A stretch of 64,000 nt of DNA from an uncultured Lentisphaerales bacterium (GCA_943788985.1 CALSSJ010000022.1:11020-75019); one strand, 5' to 3'; numbered from the stretch's first letter, positions 10,715-21,387 are shown. Program-made: numbers and translations. The notes: generated by a model not told the origin, from the letters alone.

Positions 10715-11383
10715 ATGAGACTGCTATTGAGTTTGATGCTTGTGATTTGTGCAACCTTTGCATACGCGGACGACCCAGACATAAGTGACGGGATGAAGGA
10801 TAAGGGCACGCACGGCGTGGTGAATACGTTCTCCGGCTGGCTGGAATTTCCCCAGCAGATCCGTAAGGGTTATGCCCGTGGCATCGAGTTGGATCCGGAT
10901 CGCCCGGCCCTGGCCCGCAGCACAGGTACCTTTCTGGGCTTGTTTCGCGGGGCATCCCACGCGATTGGCCGGACCACGCTGGGCATCTACCAGCTCGTCG
11001 GGTTTTGGAGTGCAGGCCATCCCGACAACGACGAAGTGGGGGTTCCCCTCGACCATGAGTATGGCCATGAATGGGGCAAACCCGCCAAAATCGAACAGGA
11101 CGCGTTGCCGGGCTATTGGGGCCGCAAGGCAGAGCGCGGTGCGGTAAACCTGGCGAAATCACCGATTGAAGTGCCTTATCAGCTTAAGACCGAGTACCGC
11201 CGCACCAACCGGAAAGCCTTTGGCAAGAGCGCCTGGCTGTTCAGTAGCCGTGCGGTTACCGGCATCTACGAACTGGTTACCTTCCCATTTCCGAGCGCGA
11301 CCGAGACCGAAGGCTACGCGTTTCCAGAGCGAGAACCCGGCGTGCCATACGATGACTCCCGCGGTGAAGTGCTGGACAAATAG
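10715..11383 (+). CDS. Secreted protein with two tandem TIGR04073-like (exosortase-associated) repeats
   Basis: Signal peptide. Repeat 1 is KGTHGVVNTFSGWLEFPQQI...GIYQLVGF and repeat 2 is KAERGAVNLAKSPIEVPYQL...GIYELVTFP. Confidence 0.6.
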   Translation: MRLLLSLMLVICATFAYADDPDISDGMKDKGTHGVVNTFSGWLEFPQQIRKGYARGIELDPDRPALARSTGTFLGLFRGASHAIGRTTLGIYQLVGFWSAGHPDNDEVGVPLDHEYGHEWGKPAKIEQDALPGYWGRKAERGAVNLAKSPIEVPYQLKTEYRRTNRKAFGKSAWLFSSRAVTGIYELVTFPFPSATETEGYAFPEREPGVPYDDSRGEVLDK

Positions 11384-11408
11384 TCCGCCTCCCCGAGAAC
11401 CAGCACTC

Positions 11409-12392
11409 ATGTATGCCCTAAAGTTTGCGCCAATTTATAAGGCCAAGGTCTGGGGCGGACGACGCCTCGAGCTGCTCGGACGAGACCTTCCCTATGGCCC
11501 AATCGGCGAGTCATGGGAATTGGTGGACGTGGCCGAAACCACAGCTAGTGGCGGAGGCGGCGGTGCCGCCCATTCGGTCGTCAGCAACGGCCCGCTACGA
11601 GGTCGCACGCTGCGTGACCTGCTGTGTGTTCATCAAGAATCACTTCTTGGCCCTGCCAGGGCCTGGCGGGATGGTGGTTTTCCGCTGCTGGTCAAGTTGC
11701 TGGATGCGAACGAGCACCTGTCGGTACAAGTGCATCCCAGCCCAGCATACGCAGCGCAGCACCTGAATGCGCGCCTCAAAAGCGAAGCTTGGTACATCAT
11801 CGCAGCTAAACCCGGTGCAGTCCTCTACGTGGGAATGAAGCCCGGCGTCACAGCAGCTGACCTTCGTAGCGCCATCGCCGACAATACGGTACCAGAGTTA
11901 ATGCTGGTGGTTCCGGCGATCCCTGGAGAATGCCACTATCTGCCGAGTGGGACCTGCCACGCTCTAGGGGCGGGGATTTTGGTGGCAGAGGTTCAGACGC
12001 CCAGCGACACCACCTTTCGCGTCTACGACTGGGGGCGCACAGACCGAGAGTTGCACGTAGAACAGGCGTTAGCCTGCATTAACTTCTCGGACGAGCTACC
12101 CGCAGATGAACCAGTCGAACCGGTGAACCAATTGGGCGACGTCACTCCGCTGGTCAACTCTGAATACTTTTGCTGGGAACGCATTGTGCTAGCAGCTGGC
12201 TCGTACGAGCATCCTGAGATTGTTGCCCCGGCTGTCTGGATGATCCTAGACGGTGCAGGCGCGATTTCCTGCGGCGGGGTCAACACCGAGTTCTCGCTAG
12301 GCGACACGGTACTTATTCCGGCAACACAAATCGACGCTCTGGCCTGCGCCGCAGACGTAACGGTGCTTTCTGCGGCACTACCACTAGCCTAG
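11409..12392 (+). CDS. manA: Type I mannose-6-phosphate isomerase
   Basis: VWGG, IGESWE, FPLLVKLLDANEHLSVQVHP, KSEAWY, EVQTPSDTTFRVYDWGR. Confidence 0.92.
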   Translation: MYALKFAPIYKAKVWGGRRLELLGRDLPYGPIGESWELVDVAETTASGGGGGAAHSVVSNGPLRGRTLRDLLCVHQESLLGPARAWRDGGFPLLVKLLDANEHLSVQVHPSPAYAAQHLNARLKSEAWYIIAAKPGAVLYVGMKPGVTAADLRSAIADNTVPELMLVVPAIPGECHYLPSGTCHALGAGILVAEVQTPSDTTFRVYDWGRTDRELHVEQALACINFSDELPADEPVEPVNQLGDVTPLVNSEYFCWERIVLAAGSYEHPEIVAPAVWMILDGAGAISCGGVNTEFSLGDTVLIPATQIDALACAADVTVLSAALPLA

Positions 12393-12399
12393 GAGCCTG

Positions 12400-13746
12400 C
12401 TAGACGATTCCCTGCGCAAGCACGGCGTCTGCCACCTTGACGAAGCCGCCGATGTTTGCGCCAGTGAGATAGTCTACCTGATCGCCATCACCGCCGAATT
12501 CCACGCAGCGATCGTGGATCTTGTGCATGATATCGCGCAGCCGGTTGTCTACTTCTTCCGCGGGCCAGGACAGCCGCATGCTGTTTTGGGTCATTTCCAG
12601 CCCTGATACTGTGACGCCGCCAGCATTAGCAGCTTTTCCAGGGGCAAAGAGCACGCCCTTAGATCGGAACCGGGCAATGGCTTCAAGCGTACTGGGCATA
12701 TTCGCGCCTTCGCACACGAGCCGACAGCCTAACTTGATCATGGTGGATGCATCCTCGGCATTGACCTCGTTCTGCGTGGCGCAGGGAAAGGCGACGTCGC
12801 AAGGCACCGCCCATGGCCGCGCATGGGCATGGAAGGTCGATCCAGGGAACGCCTCCGCATAGGCGGCCATACGTCCTCGCTGCTCGTTCTTGTGCTCCTT
12901 GATCCAGGCGAGTTTCTCCACCGTGATCCCAGTGGGATCGAGAATAAAGCCTCCCGAGTCTGATGCGGTCAGCGGGATGCCGCCAAGATGGAGGATCTTC
13001 TCAATGGCGTGCTGTGCCACATTTCCGGAGCCGGAGACGACACAGCGCTTTCCTGCGAGCCCTTCACCCACGTGCTCCAGAACACTCTGGGCAAAGTAGA
13101 CACAGCCATAGCCCGTGGCTTCCGGGCGGATCAGGCTCCCACCCAACTCCAATCCTTTGCCAGTGAGTACGCCGACAAAGCGGTTTCGCATGCGTTTGTA
13201 TTGGCCGAACATGAAGTTCACCTCGCGTCGGCCCACACCGATGTCGCCAGCGGGCACGTCAGTCTCAGGGCCAATGTAGCGTTCAAGCTGAGTCATAAAG
13301 GCCTGGCAAAAGCGCATCACCTCGCGATCAGACTTGCCCTTGGGATTGAAGTTCGCGCCGCCCTTTCCGCCTCCCATCGGCAGGGTGGACAGGCTGTTTT
13401 TGAACGTCTGCTCAAACCCAAGGAACTTCAGAATACTCAGATTCACGCTGGGGTGAAAGCGGAGGCCCCCTTTGTAGGGGCCAATGGCGTTACAGAACTG
13501 CACGCGAAACCCGCGGTTGGCCCGAATGTTGCCCTTGTCGTCTTCCCAAGACACCCGAAACGACACGACTCGGTCCGGCTCGGTTAGCCGCTCAAGCACG
13601 TAGCCATCGATATATTTCCGATGATCCATCACGTAAGGCATGACGGTGTTCACGAATTCCCGCACTGCCTGGTGAAACTCCACCTCTCCGGGGTTCCTGC
13701 GAATCAGTCCCTTCATGAAGGAATCGGTACGTTCGGTGGCAGTCAT
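12400..13746 (-). CDS. gdhA: NADP-specific glutamate dehydrogenase
   Basis: GPYKGGLRFHP, LPMGGGKGG, DVPAGDIGVG, RPEATGYG, GSGNVA, KAANAGGV. Confidence 0.97.
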   Translation of the reverse strand: MTATERTDSFMKGLIRRNPGEVEFHQAVREFVNTVMPYVMDHRKYIDGYVLERLTEPDRVVSFRVSWEDDKGNIRANRGFRVQFCNAIGPYKGGLRFHPSVNLSILKFLGFEQTFKNSLSTLPMGGGKGGANFNPKGKSDREVMRFCQAFMTQLERYIGPETDVPAGDIGVGRREVNFMFGQYKRMRNRFVGVLTGKGLELGGSLIRPEATGYGCVYFAQSVLEHVGEGLAGKRCVVSGSGNVAQHAIEKILHLGGIPLTASDSGGFILDPTGITVEKLAWIKEHKNEQRGRMAAYAEAFPGSTFHAHARPWAVPCDVAFPCATQNEVNAEDASTMIKLGCRLVCEGANMPSTLEAIARFRSKGVLFAPGKAANAGGVTVSGLEMTQNSMRLSWPAEEVDNRLRDIMHKIHDRCVEFGGDGDQVDYLTGANIGGFVKVADAVLAQGIV

Positions 13747-13882
13747 GGCAATGCTCCAGTGCGGCTGTGAGGTTCAAAAAGCGGTCTGCTGTTAGTTAAT
13801 GGTCCGCCGGACTGGATCAATGTCAAGAATTCGCGCATTATTTCTTGGATATCCGGAAAGCGTGTACAGGTTGCCACTTTTC

Positions 13883-13900
13883 TGTTTGATATATCAAACA
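13883..13900. promoter_or_regulatory. Perfect 18-bp palindrome TGTTTGATATATCAAACA, candidate operator
   Basis: Exact inverted repeat in the AT-rich divergent spacer between gdhA and the Fe3+ ABC operon. Confidence 0.6.
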
Positions 13901-13950
13901 ACTGCAATACAATTCAATCCAACGAGTGAGACTATTGACAGATGTTCCCT

Positions 13951-14973
13951 ATGCGTAACCTACTCTTTATCTGTATTTCCCTAGTGCTTTTTGGGTGCTC
14001 CAAGCCATCGGCGACGCCTGCGGCAGAGATTACGGTCTACACCCACCGGCATTATCCCGCTGACCAGGCACTATTCGACGCGTTCTCCCGAGAGAGCGGT
14101 ATTACGGTAAACGTGCTCAAAGCCAAGGCCGATGAGTTGATCAAACGCCTCGAGATCGAGGGTGCGGAATCCGCAGCGGACGTCCTGATCACGGTAGACG
14201 CCGGCCGCTTGGTGCGCGCCAAAGAGAAGGGGCTTCTCCAGGCAGTCCAGTCGGATACCATCTCAGAGCGGATTCCGGCGGCGATGCAGGATCCAGACTC
14301 GCAGTGGTTTGCCCTCACAAAACGCGCACGCGTCTTGGTGTATGCCAAGGACCGCGTGGATGTAGCCACATTGAGCAGCTACGAGTCGCTCATGGATGAG
14401 CAATGGCGCGGGAGGATTCTCGTGCGTTCTTCGCAGAACATCTACAACCAATCTTTGCTTGCTTCGATCACCCACCATCACGGTGGGGAGGCCGCAGAAG
14501 CGTGGGCCAAGGCAGTTGTGGCCAACATGGCCCGTACGCCCAAGGGAAACGATCGCGACCAGATCCGGGCCGTTGCCGCTGGGAAAGGTGACCTGGCCAT
14601 CGTGAATACCTACTATCTCGGCCTGTTGCTCAATGCGGATGATCCAGCAGACCAGGCTCTTGCCGGACACATGGGCGTCTTTTTCCCCAATCAGGGCGAT
14701 CGCGGCACCCACATCAACGTCAGCGGGATCGGCGTCACGGCACACGCTCCCAATCGTGAAGGGGCGATCAAGCTGATCGAATTTCTGGCGCGCAAAGACT
14801 CCCAGGAAGTATTTGCCCAGTCCAACTACGAATACCCGGTAAACCCGCAGGCTCAGGCAGGCGAGTTGCTTCAATCTTGGGGCGAGTTCAAGAGCGACAC
14901 GGTCCCACTCACGCTTCTGGGCGAGTTGAACACCGAGGCCGCGCAAACCTTCGATCGCGCCGGCTGGCGGTGA
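13951..14973 (+). CDS. Fe(3+) ABC transporter substrate-binding lipoprotein (FutA/FbpA family)
   Basis: Lipobox LFGC, YTHRHY, TVDAGRL, RSSQNIYNQSL, GNDRDQ, NTYY, HINVSG, NYEYP. Confidence 0.95.
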   Translation: MRNLLFICISLVLFGCSKPSATPAAEITVYTHRHYPADQALFDAFSRESGITVNVLKAKADELIKRLEIEGAESAADVLITVDAGRLVRAKEKGLLQAVQSDTISERIPAAMQDPDSQWFALTKRARVLVYAKDRVDVATLSSYESLMDEQWRGRILVRSSQNIYNQSLLASITHHHGGEAAEAWAKAVVANMARTPKGNDRDQIRAVAAGKGDLAIVNTYYLGLLLNADDPADQALAGHMGVFFPNQGDRGTHINVSGIGVTAHAPNREGAIKLIEFLARKDSQEVFAQSNYEYPVNPQAQAGELLQSWGEFKSDTVPLTLLGELNTEAAQTFDRAGWR

Positions 14974-16583
14974 ACGTTGCGGTCGCGCCCGCCGCAGGCT
15001 ACCCACGGTGGCGGCAGCGGCTGTCCCCTTGGTCTGTGGGGGCTGCCGCTATGATAAGCGTCCTGCTGGTGCCCATTGCGGTGGTGGCGCTCAGCATGTT
15101 GGGCCGCTCCTCTCCGACCTGGCAGCACATCTGCGACACTGTCCTGACCACCTATCTGTGGAACACAGCGCTGCTAGTTGCAGGCGTAGGGGCTTGCACG
15201 CTGGTGATCGGCGTTTCCTGTGCCTGGTTGGTTACGTTCTACCGCTTTCCAGGTCGCGCCGTTCTGTCCTGGGCGCTGGTTTTGCCGTTTGCGATCCCCA
15301 CCTACATCGCCGCCTACTGCTATGCCGACCTGCAGGATTTGGTGGGGGTGGATATGATGAATCTTCCGGGCGCAATCTTGGTGGTGAGCTTGGTGCTCTA
15401 TCCCTATGTCTATCTGATCACATGCAGCACGCTCCAGGGGCAGTCCGGGCGCATCTTGGAATCTTCCCAGAGCCTGGGCCGGGGCGCCGCCTACTCGTTC
15501 TGGCGATTAGGATTCCCCATAGCACGCCCGGCAATCGTGGGCGGCATGACCCTAGTGACGATGGAGGTCCTGAACGAATACGGAGCGGTTCACTACTACG
15601 GTGTGGACACCTTTACCACCGGGATTTTTAAGGTCTGGTACGGCATGGACGACACCCAGGGCGCGATGCGCCTGGCGGCCACATTGATGATGCTGGTGCT
15701 GGCGCTACTGTTGCTGGAACGGCTGCAGCGAGGGCGCAAACAATTCACCACCTGCGGCAGCGACTATCGCCCCTGCATGCCAGGTCAATTACGCGGTTCG
15801 GTGAGCTGGCTGGCGGCAGGCTGGTGCACCTTACCAGTCTTGCTCGGCTTTCTGTTTCCCGTAGGCCAACTGCTGATCTGGCTGAAACAAAGCGGAGCTT
15901 CGTCGTTTGGCGCTGGCTTTGCGAAGATCGCAGGGCAGAGCTTTGTCTTAGCCAGCTGCGCAGCGCTCACAACGGTGATCGTGGCTGTGATCCTGGCCTA
16001 CACCGTCCGTCTCCACCGCAGCCGCCTAATCACTGCGTTATCCAAGGCATCTGCCCTCGGCTACTCGATGCCCGGCGCGGTTATCGCGATCGGCGTGATG
16101 GTGACAGTCGTCGCTGCCGACCGAGGTGTGTTGCGACATGTGGCGGGGTTCTTCGGCGCCAAGCCAGGGTTGATTCTCACCAGCTCCATCGTCGTGCTGC
16201 TGTTCGCCTACGTACTCCGCTATCTGACGGTTGCCGTAAACCCGATAGAGGCGGGCTTCGAACGCCTCTGCGGCTCTATGGACGAAGCCTCCAGAGCGCT
16301 CGGGCACTCCCCGCTCAAGACCCTGCTGCAGGTGAACTTGCCACTGGCAAAGAGCACTCTCATTGCTGCTGCGCTGCTGGTGTTTGTGGACGTGCTCAAA
16401 GAGCTGCCACTTACCTTGATCCTGCGCCCGACCAATTTCGAAACCCTAGCGACTAAGACCTTCGAACTCGCAGGTGAAGAGATGATTGCGCAGTCCGCAA
16501 TTGGTGCTCTGCTAATCGTAGCGACTGGCATTGTCCCGATCCTGATCCTCGACCGGCTGCTCTGCAGCAAGCGCCCGACGTGA
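14970..16583 (+). CDS. Fe(3+) ABC transporter permease (FbpB family)
   Basis: Duplicated transmembrane permease with FPGR, LYPYVYL, ARPAIV and DVLKELP. The GTG start overlaps the SBP stop. Confidence 0.93.
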   Translation: MNVAVAPAAGYPRWRQRLSPWSVGAAAMISVLLVPIAVVALSMLGRSSPTWQHICDTVLTTYLWNTALLVAGVGACTLVIGVSCAWLVTFYRFPGRAVLSWALVLPFAIPTYIAAYCYADLQDLVGVDMMNLPGAILVVSLVLYPYVYLITCSTLQGQSGRILESSQSLGRGAAYSFWRLGFPIARPAIVGGMTLVTMEVLNEYGAVHYYGVDTFTTGIFKVWYGMDDTQGAMRLAATLMMLVLALLLLERLQRGRKQFTTCGSDYRPCMPGQLRGSVSWLAAGWCTLPVLLGFLFPVGQLLIWLKQSGASSFGAGFAKIAGQSFVLASCAALTTVIVAVILAYTVRLHRSRLITALSKASALGYSMPGAVIAIGVMVTVVAADRGVLRHVAGFFGAKPGLILTSSIVVLLFAYVLRYLTVAVNPIEAGFERLCGSMDEASRALGHSPLKTLLQVNLPLAKSTLIAAALLVFVDVLKELPLTLILRPTNFETLATKTFELAGEEMIAQSAIGALLIVATGIVPILILDRLLCSKRPT

Positions 16584-17617
16584 GCGCGGCCCTCGTCCTC
16601 CGCGACGTCACCAAGCAATTTCGCAACGCCGAACACGCAGCCGTCGCGAATGTCTCGCTAGAGGTCTCCGTAGGCGAAGTGATCACGATTCTGGGCGAGA
16701 GCGGTGGCGGGAAGTCCACACTCTTGCGTTTGATCGGTGGTTTTGAGCTGCCGGATTTAGGTGAGATCCTGCTGAACGGAGAGACTCTGAACAGTCCGCA
16801 GATGTTCTGCGCGCCAGAGTCGCGGGGGATCAGCATGGTGTTTCAAGGGCATTCGCTCTTTCCCCACATGACGGTGCGGGACAACATCGCCTACGGACTC
16901 CATCGGATGAAATCCAGCGCGCGGGATCAGGAGATCGAGCGAATGCTCACGCTGACCGAGTTGTCCGGCTTGCAGCAGCGCTACCCACATGAGCTATCCG
17001 GCGGCCAACAGCAACGCGTCGCGATCGCCCGCTCTCTAGCCCCAAAACCAAGCGTGATGCTCTTGGACGAGCCGTTCAGTAGTTTGGATCGCACACTGGC
17101 AACCCAGATTCGCAACGACCTAGCAGATCTGATGCGGCGCAGCGGTGCGACCACGTTGTGGGTTACGCACACGACCGAGGACGCCATGGCGATCAGTGAT
17201 CGCATCGCGGTGATGCATCAGGGGCGATTGGTCCAACTTGGCACTCCGGAGTCAGTTTTCTGCCGTCCGCAGACCCGGTACGTCGCCGAGTTATTGGGTC
17301 CGGCCAATCTGCTGCGCGTGCAGCAGCAGGATGGCCAGCGATTCTGCCCGGCGTTGGCCGCGATGGTGGAGACCGAGTTGCCCACGCCCACACATGCTGT
17401 GGTACGACCAGATGACATCGTTTGCGAACTCCGCAAAGACGGGCCAGCCACCGTGCGGCGGACCGCTTTCCAAGGCACGTTTATGGAGCTAACAGTCGAC
17501 AGCGCCAGCGAGCAGGTGCGGGTCCACTACCGCGGGCCGGAACGTTTCGCGGTTGGCGATTCTGTGGCGCTGTCTGCCCCAGCCCAGCGGGTCTGGGTAA
17601 TTTCGGATCCGGGCTAG
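16580..17617 (+). CDS. Fe(3+) ABC transporter ATPase (FbpC family)
   Basis: GESGGGKS, LSGGQQQR, LLDEPFS, TOBE-like C-terminus. Confidence 0.93.
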   Translation: MSAALVLRDVTKQFRNAEHAAVANVSLEVSVGEVITILGESGGGKSTLLRLIGGFELPDLGEILLNGETLNSPQMFCAPESRGISMVFQGHSLFPHMTVRDNIAYGLHRMKSSARDQEIERMLTLTELSGLQQRYPHELSGGQQQRVAIARSLAPKPSVMLLDEPFSSLDRTLATQIRNDLADLMRRSGATTLWVTHTTEDAMAISDRIAVMHQGRLVQLGTPESVFCRPQTRYVAELLGPANLLRVQQQDGQRFCPALAAMVETELPTPTHAVVRPDDIVCELRKDGPATVRRTAFQGTFMELTVDSASEQVRVHYRGPERFAVGDSVALSAPAQRVWVISDPG

Positions 17618-17626
17618 CCGAGCGGC

Positions 17627-18979
17627 TTATTCCGGGCCGGTACTGCCAAACCAATAAGGCTTAGGCTTGACGCCCTTGGCGTCCAGTTCGTCCAGCAACG
17701 GCGTCACCAGGTCCCAGGCTACCGCCAGCTCATCATCGCGAATAAAAAGGCTACGATCGCCGCGTACCACCTCAAGCAGCAGACGCTCGTAGGCCTCGGG
17801 GACTACTTCGTCGAATTCCTCACGGTATAGCAGGTCCAGCTTGACCTCTGCTAGGCTCCGGGCGTGGCCTGGGCGCTTGTTCGTAATGTATAGCTCGATC
17901 GCTTCATCAGGCTGCACCCGAATCACGAGGCGGTTCGCCGTGGAGCCGTGCTTGCTGTAGATAGAATACGGGACATCACGAAACTGAATCACGATCTCGG
18001 TCCGGGAGCCGGACAACGCCTTGCCAGCTTCCAGGTGAAATGGCACGCCGTGCCAACGAGGATTGGTCCCATGCAACGTGGTGCGCGCGTAGGTCTCGGT
18101 CCGAGACTTGGCTGGCACGCCATCTTCTTCGGCATAGCCAACGTACTGCCCCACCAAGGTGTCCTCCAAAGCCGCCGGGGCCAAGCCGCACAGCATCTTC
18201 ACCTTTTCATCGCAGATGTGCTCGGCGTCGAGCCGCAATGGCTGCTCCATGCCCACCAGGGCCACGATTTGCAGCAGATGATTCTGCAGCACGTCGCGGA
18301 TGATCCCGTAGTTATCGAAATACCCGGCGCGGCCTTCGCAGCCAATCTCCTCGCTCCATGAGATGGAGATCGACTCGATGTGCTCGCGGTTCCAAATTGG
18401 CTCGAAAATACGATTCGCAAAGCGAATGACCATTAAGTTTTGGATAACTTCCTTGCCAAGATAGTGATCGATTCGGTAGATCTGTTCCTCGTCAAAGATG
18501 CTAGCCATTGCTTCGTTCAGCTCGGCAGACGAGCGGCTATCGCGCCCGAATGGCTTCTCCAGCACCACGCGTAACCAGGCGTTGTCGTTGTCGTCCCAGT
18601 GTGCCCCGATGGCCTTCGCAGTCTGGACAAATATCGACGGCGGAATCGCCATGTAGAAGAGCGTGTTTGCACCAGGCATGGCCTCGTGCACGATCTCCCG
18701 CAGCCGCTCAAAATCTTCGCAGCTGTCGTAGTGTCCCTGGACGTACCGGCACAGTGTTGCGAACTCCGCAACGCGCGGCTCGTCGCCGACCTTCTCCCGA
18801 ACGAGCGCCTGAAATTCCTGATCCGACATCTCGCTGCGTGCAAAACCGAAAATGGCGCACTCTGTGGGCAGTTGATCATGCACAAAGAGTGAGTACAGGG
18901 CAGGCAGCAGCTTGCGTTTGGAAAGGTCGCCTGATGCGCCAACGATGATGATGGAGCAAGGTGCGTCTCGGTAGCTCAT
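17627..18979 (-). CDS. zwf: Glucose-6-phosphate 1-dehydrogenase
   Basis: GASGDL, EKPFG, YRIDHYLGKE, RDVLQNHL, EAYERL. Confidence 0.97.
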   Translation of the reverse strand: MSYRDAPCSIIIVGASGDLSKRKLLPALYSLFVHDQLPTECAIFGFARSEMSDQEFQALVREKVGDEPRVAEFATLCRYVQGHYDSCEDFERLREIVHEAMPGANTLFYMAIPPSIFVQTAKAIGAHWDDNDNAWLRVVLEKPFGRDSRSSAELNEAMASIFDEEQIYRIDHYLGKEVIQNLMVIRFANRIFEPIWNREHIESISISWSEEIGCEGRAGYFDNYGIIRDVLQNHLLQIVALVGMEQPLRLDAEHICDEKVKMLCGLAPAALEDTLVGQYVGYAEEDGVPAKSRTETYARTTLHGTNPRWHGVPFHLEAGKALSGSRTEIVIQFRDVPYSIYSKHGSTANRLVIRVQPDEAIELYITNKRPGHARSLAEVKLDLLYREEFDEVVPEAYERLLLEVVRGDRSLFIRDDELAVAWDLVTPLLDELDAKGVKPKPYWFGSTGPE

Positions 18980-18999
18980 TTGGGGCTCAACAGTCGCGG

Positions 19000-19158
19000 T
19001 TATTGCTTGGAGAAGAGGTCTGTCTCCGCATCACATTCCGGGCAGACCCAGCTGTCCGGTAGATCAGAGAATGCTGTACCGGCGGCCACGCCGCCGCCTG
19101 GATCGCCCACTTCGGGGTCGTAAAGGTAGCCACAAACGTCGCAGATGTAAATGTCCAT
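19000..19158 (-). CDS. Rubredoxin (52 aa, below the ORF-track cutoff)
   Basis: Hand translation [52 protein letters not shown], with two CxxC motifs and an AGGAG RBS. Confidence 0.95.
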   Translation of the reverse strand: MDIYICDVCGYLYDPEVGDPGGGVAAGTAFSDLPDSWVCPECDAETDLFSKQ

Positions 19159-19384
19159 TGATTCTTCTCCTAGTGATTGATCGGTATTAGCAGCCTGGCC
19201 GGCCTGGGGGCGTTCCGCGATACTCTACAGCCCGTGGAGAGAGAGGGAAGTCGAATACTTGGCGATCAGCGTTCAATCGGGGGAGACTTCCAGAAATTCC
19301 TGACAGAAAGCCTATGTTGCATTTCTAAGGCTGTGGTCTATAATTTTTATATAAAGTCCGCTTCACCGTTTGCCTAGGATTGAC

Positions 19385-20111
19385 ATGTTCGCACGCATCA
19401 GCTTTACGCTCTCCCTTCTCACCTGCCTTGCTGTTAGCTGCAAGAAAACGGTTGAATGGGAGGCCAAAAACTGGGGCCGCACAGTCGCTGAGGCGCAGCG
19501 AACTTTGGCACTTCACCCAGGATTTTCCGCGGTCTTGAACGCGGAGATCGAAACCGCGCTGGCGGCCTACGGTGCGAACGCGTCCATCGCCGAGGAGGAG
19601 TCGCGCGCGGAGGCGAGGGCGAGCGCGCGGCAGACCTTGCAGGGGGGCATTTTCAAGCTGTTGACGCAGGTCACGCAGCATCGGGACAAGCTTACGCAGG
19701 ACGCGATGCGCGTGCTAGGGAGCACTAGGTCACTGGGCGATGCGCTCGGCAAGGGCGCGTTGGTGGCGCAGGCGAATCAAGCGGTCGCTGACGCGGAGAA
19801 GGTCCTAAAAACAGGCGCGCCAGATTCGGTCGCGGCACACGCAGTGTTGGCAAAGGCCAGCTGGGATCTTGGCCTGGTCCAATCAGTGATCACGGAGGCG
19901 CTGGCAGAAATTCAAGCGAAAAGGGTGGGCAGCGGCCAAGGCGCGAGCCGCTCAGGATACCCCGGCAGTAGAGCCGCTGCCGCCGACCAAGACAGCACCA
20001 GCCGTGAAGAAGCCAGCGGCAAAGAAACCATCACCGCTAATCAAGTGCACCTATTGTGGTCGGAAGAATCCGGCCAATGTGACCAAGTGCCCCGGTTGCG
20101 GCGCCAACTAA
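19385..20111 (+). CDS. Lipoprotein with Pro/Lys linker and C-terminal zinc ribbon; one frameshift near 19925
   Basis: Lipobox LAVSC. An alternate frame after about 19925 reads AAAKARAAQDTPAVEPLPPTKTAPAVKKPAAKKPSPLIKCTYCGRKNPANVTKCPGCGAN*. Confidence 0.7.
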
Positions 20112-20138
20112 CAATCAGCTAAGCAGAGGAAAACGACC

Positions 20139-21279
20139 ATGGGACTCTTTGACGCCTTCAAGAATGAACTGATCGACATTATCGAGTGGCTGGACAACTC
20201 AAACGATACGCTTGTCTATCGGTTCCAACGGCACGACAACGAAATCAAGAACGGTGCCCAGCTGATCGTACGAGAAGGCCAGGTCGCGGTGTTTATCCGC
20301 GAATGGCCAACTGGCCGATGTGTTTAAGCCTGGCACGCATGCCTTGACCACCACAGAACCTGCCGGTTCTGAGCACGCTCGCGGGCTGGGAAATATTGGG
20401 TTTGACAGCCCGTTTAAGGCCGAGGTGTACTTCGTCAGCACCCGCCAATTCACCGACCAAGGCTGGGGGCCACGCGCAACCCAGTGATGATGCGTGATGC
20501 CGAATTCGGCGCGGTCCGCATTCGGGCCTTTGGCACGTATGCCTTTCGTGTCTCAGAGGCGAGTGAGTTCATGCGTGAGATCGTGGGCACAGACGGGCAG
20601 TTCACCACCGACGAGATTACCGACCAGTTACGCAGTATTCTGGTTTCACAGGCGACCGATGCGATCGCTGAAAGCAAAATTGCCATCCTCGACCTTGCGG
20701 CCAATTACAACGAGCTGGGCGAGGCGATTGCCGAGAAGGGTCACTGCGGAGTTCGCAGGATTCGGCCTGGCGGTCTCCAAGCTAGTGGTCGAGAACGTGT
20801 CGCTTCCGGAGGAAGTCGAGCAGGCGCTGGACAAGCGCAGCAGCATGAATGTCTTGGGCAACATGCAGCAGTATCAGCAGTTTCAGGCGGCAAATGCAAT
20901 GGAGGCCGCAGCGGAGAATCCGGGTGGTGCCGGTGGCATGATGGGCGCGGGGCTCGGTGCCGGAATGGGGATCGGCATGGGGCAGGCAATGGCTGGCACC
21001 ATGGGACAAGCCGCCGCTCCTCCCCCCCAAGCAGCGCCACCACCGCTGCCGCAGACCGCGTCTGGTTTGCCGCGATCAACGGTGCGCAGGTCGGCCCTCT
21101 CGACGCCGCTGGCATCCAGCAGCAGCTCGCTGCCGGCCAGATTAGCCCAGCGACATTGCTGTGGAAGAACGGGATGGCTGCCTGGACACCTGGCCAGCAG
21201 ATCCCCGAGCTGGCCGCACTGTTCGCGGCACCACCTCCGATCCCGGGAGCACCGCCTCCGATTCCCACCAAGCGCTTAG
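20139..21279 (+). pseudogene. SPFH (Band_7_1/YdjI-like) protein with C-terminal GYF_2 domain; multiple frameshifts, probably sequence errors
   Basis: Stitched frames: IDIIEW...IKNGAQLIVREGQ / GQLADVFKPG / NLPVLSTL / FDSPFKAEVYF / RDAEFGAVRIRAFG / ENVSLPEEVEQALDKR / WFAAINGAQVGP...LLWKNGMAAW. Confidence 0.8.
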
Positions 21280-21387
21280 CTTACGGCCTAGCGACTGCCG
21301 GACTTAGGCTGAATCTGTTGCGGGATATCGACCGCGCTGATACATTCAGGTCCTGTGATCACAGCGTGAGAATCATCTGGGCTGCCC

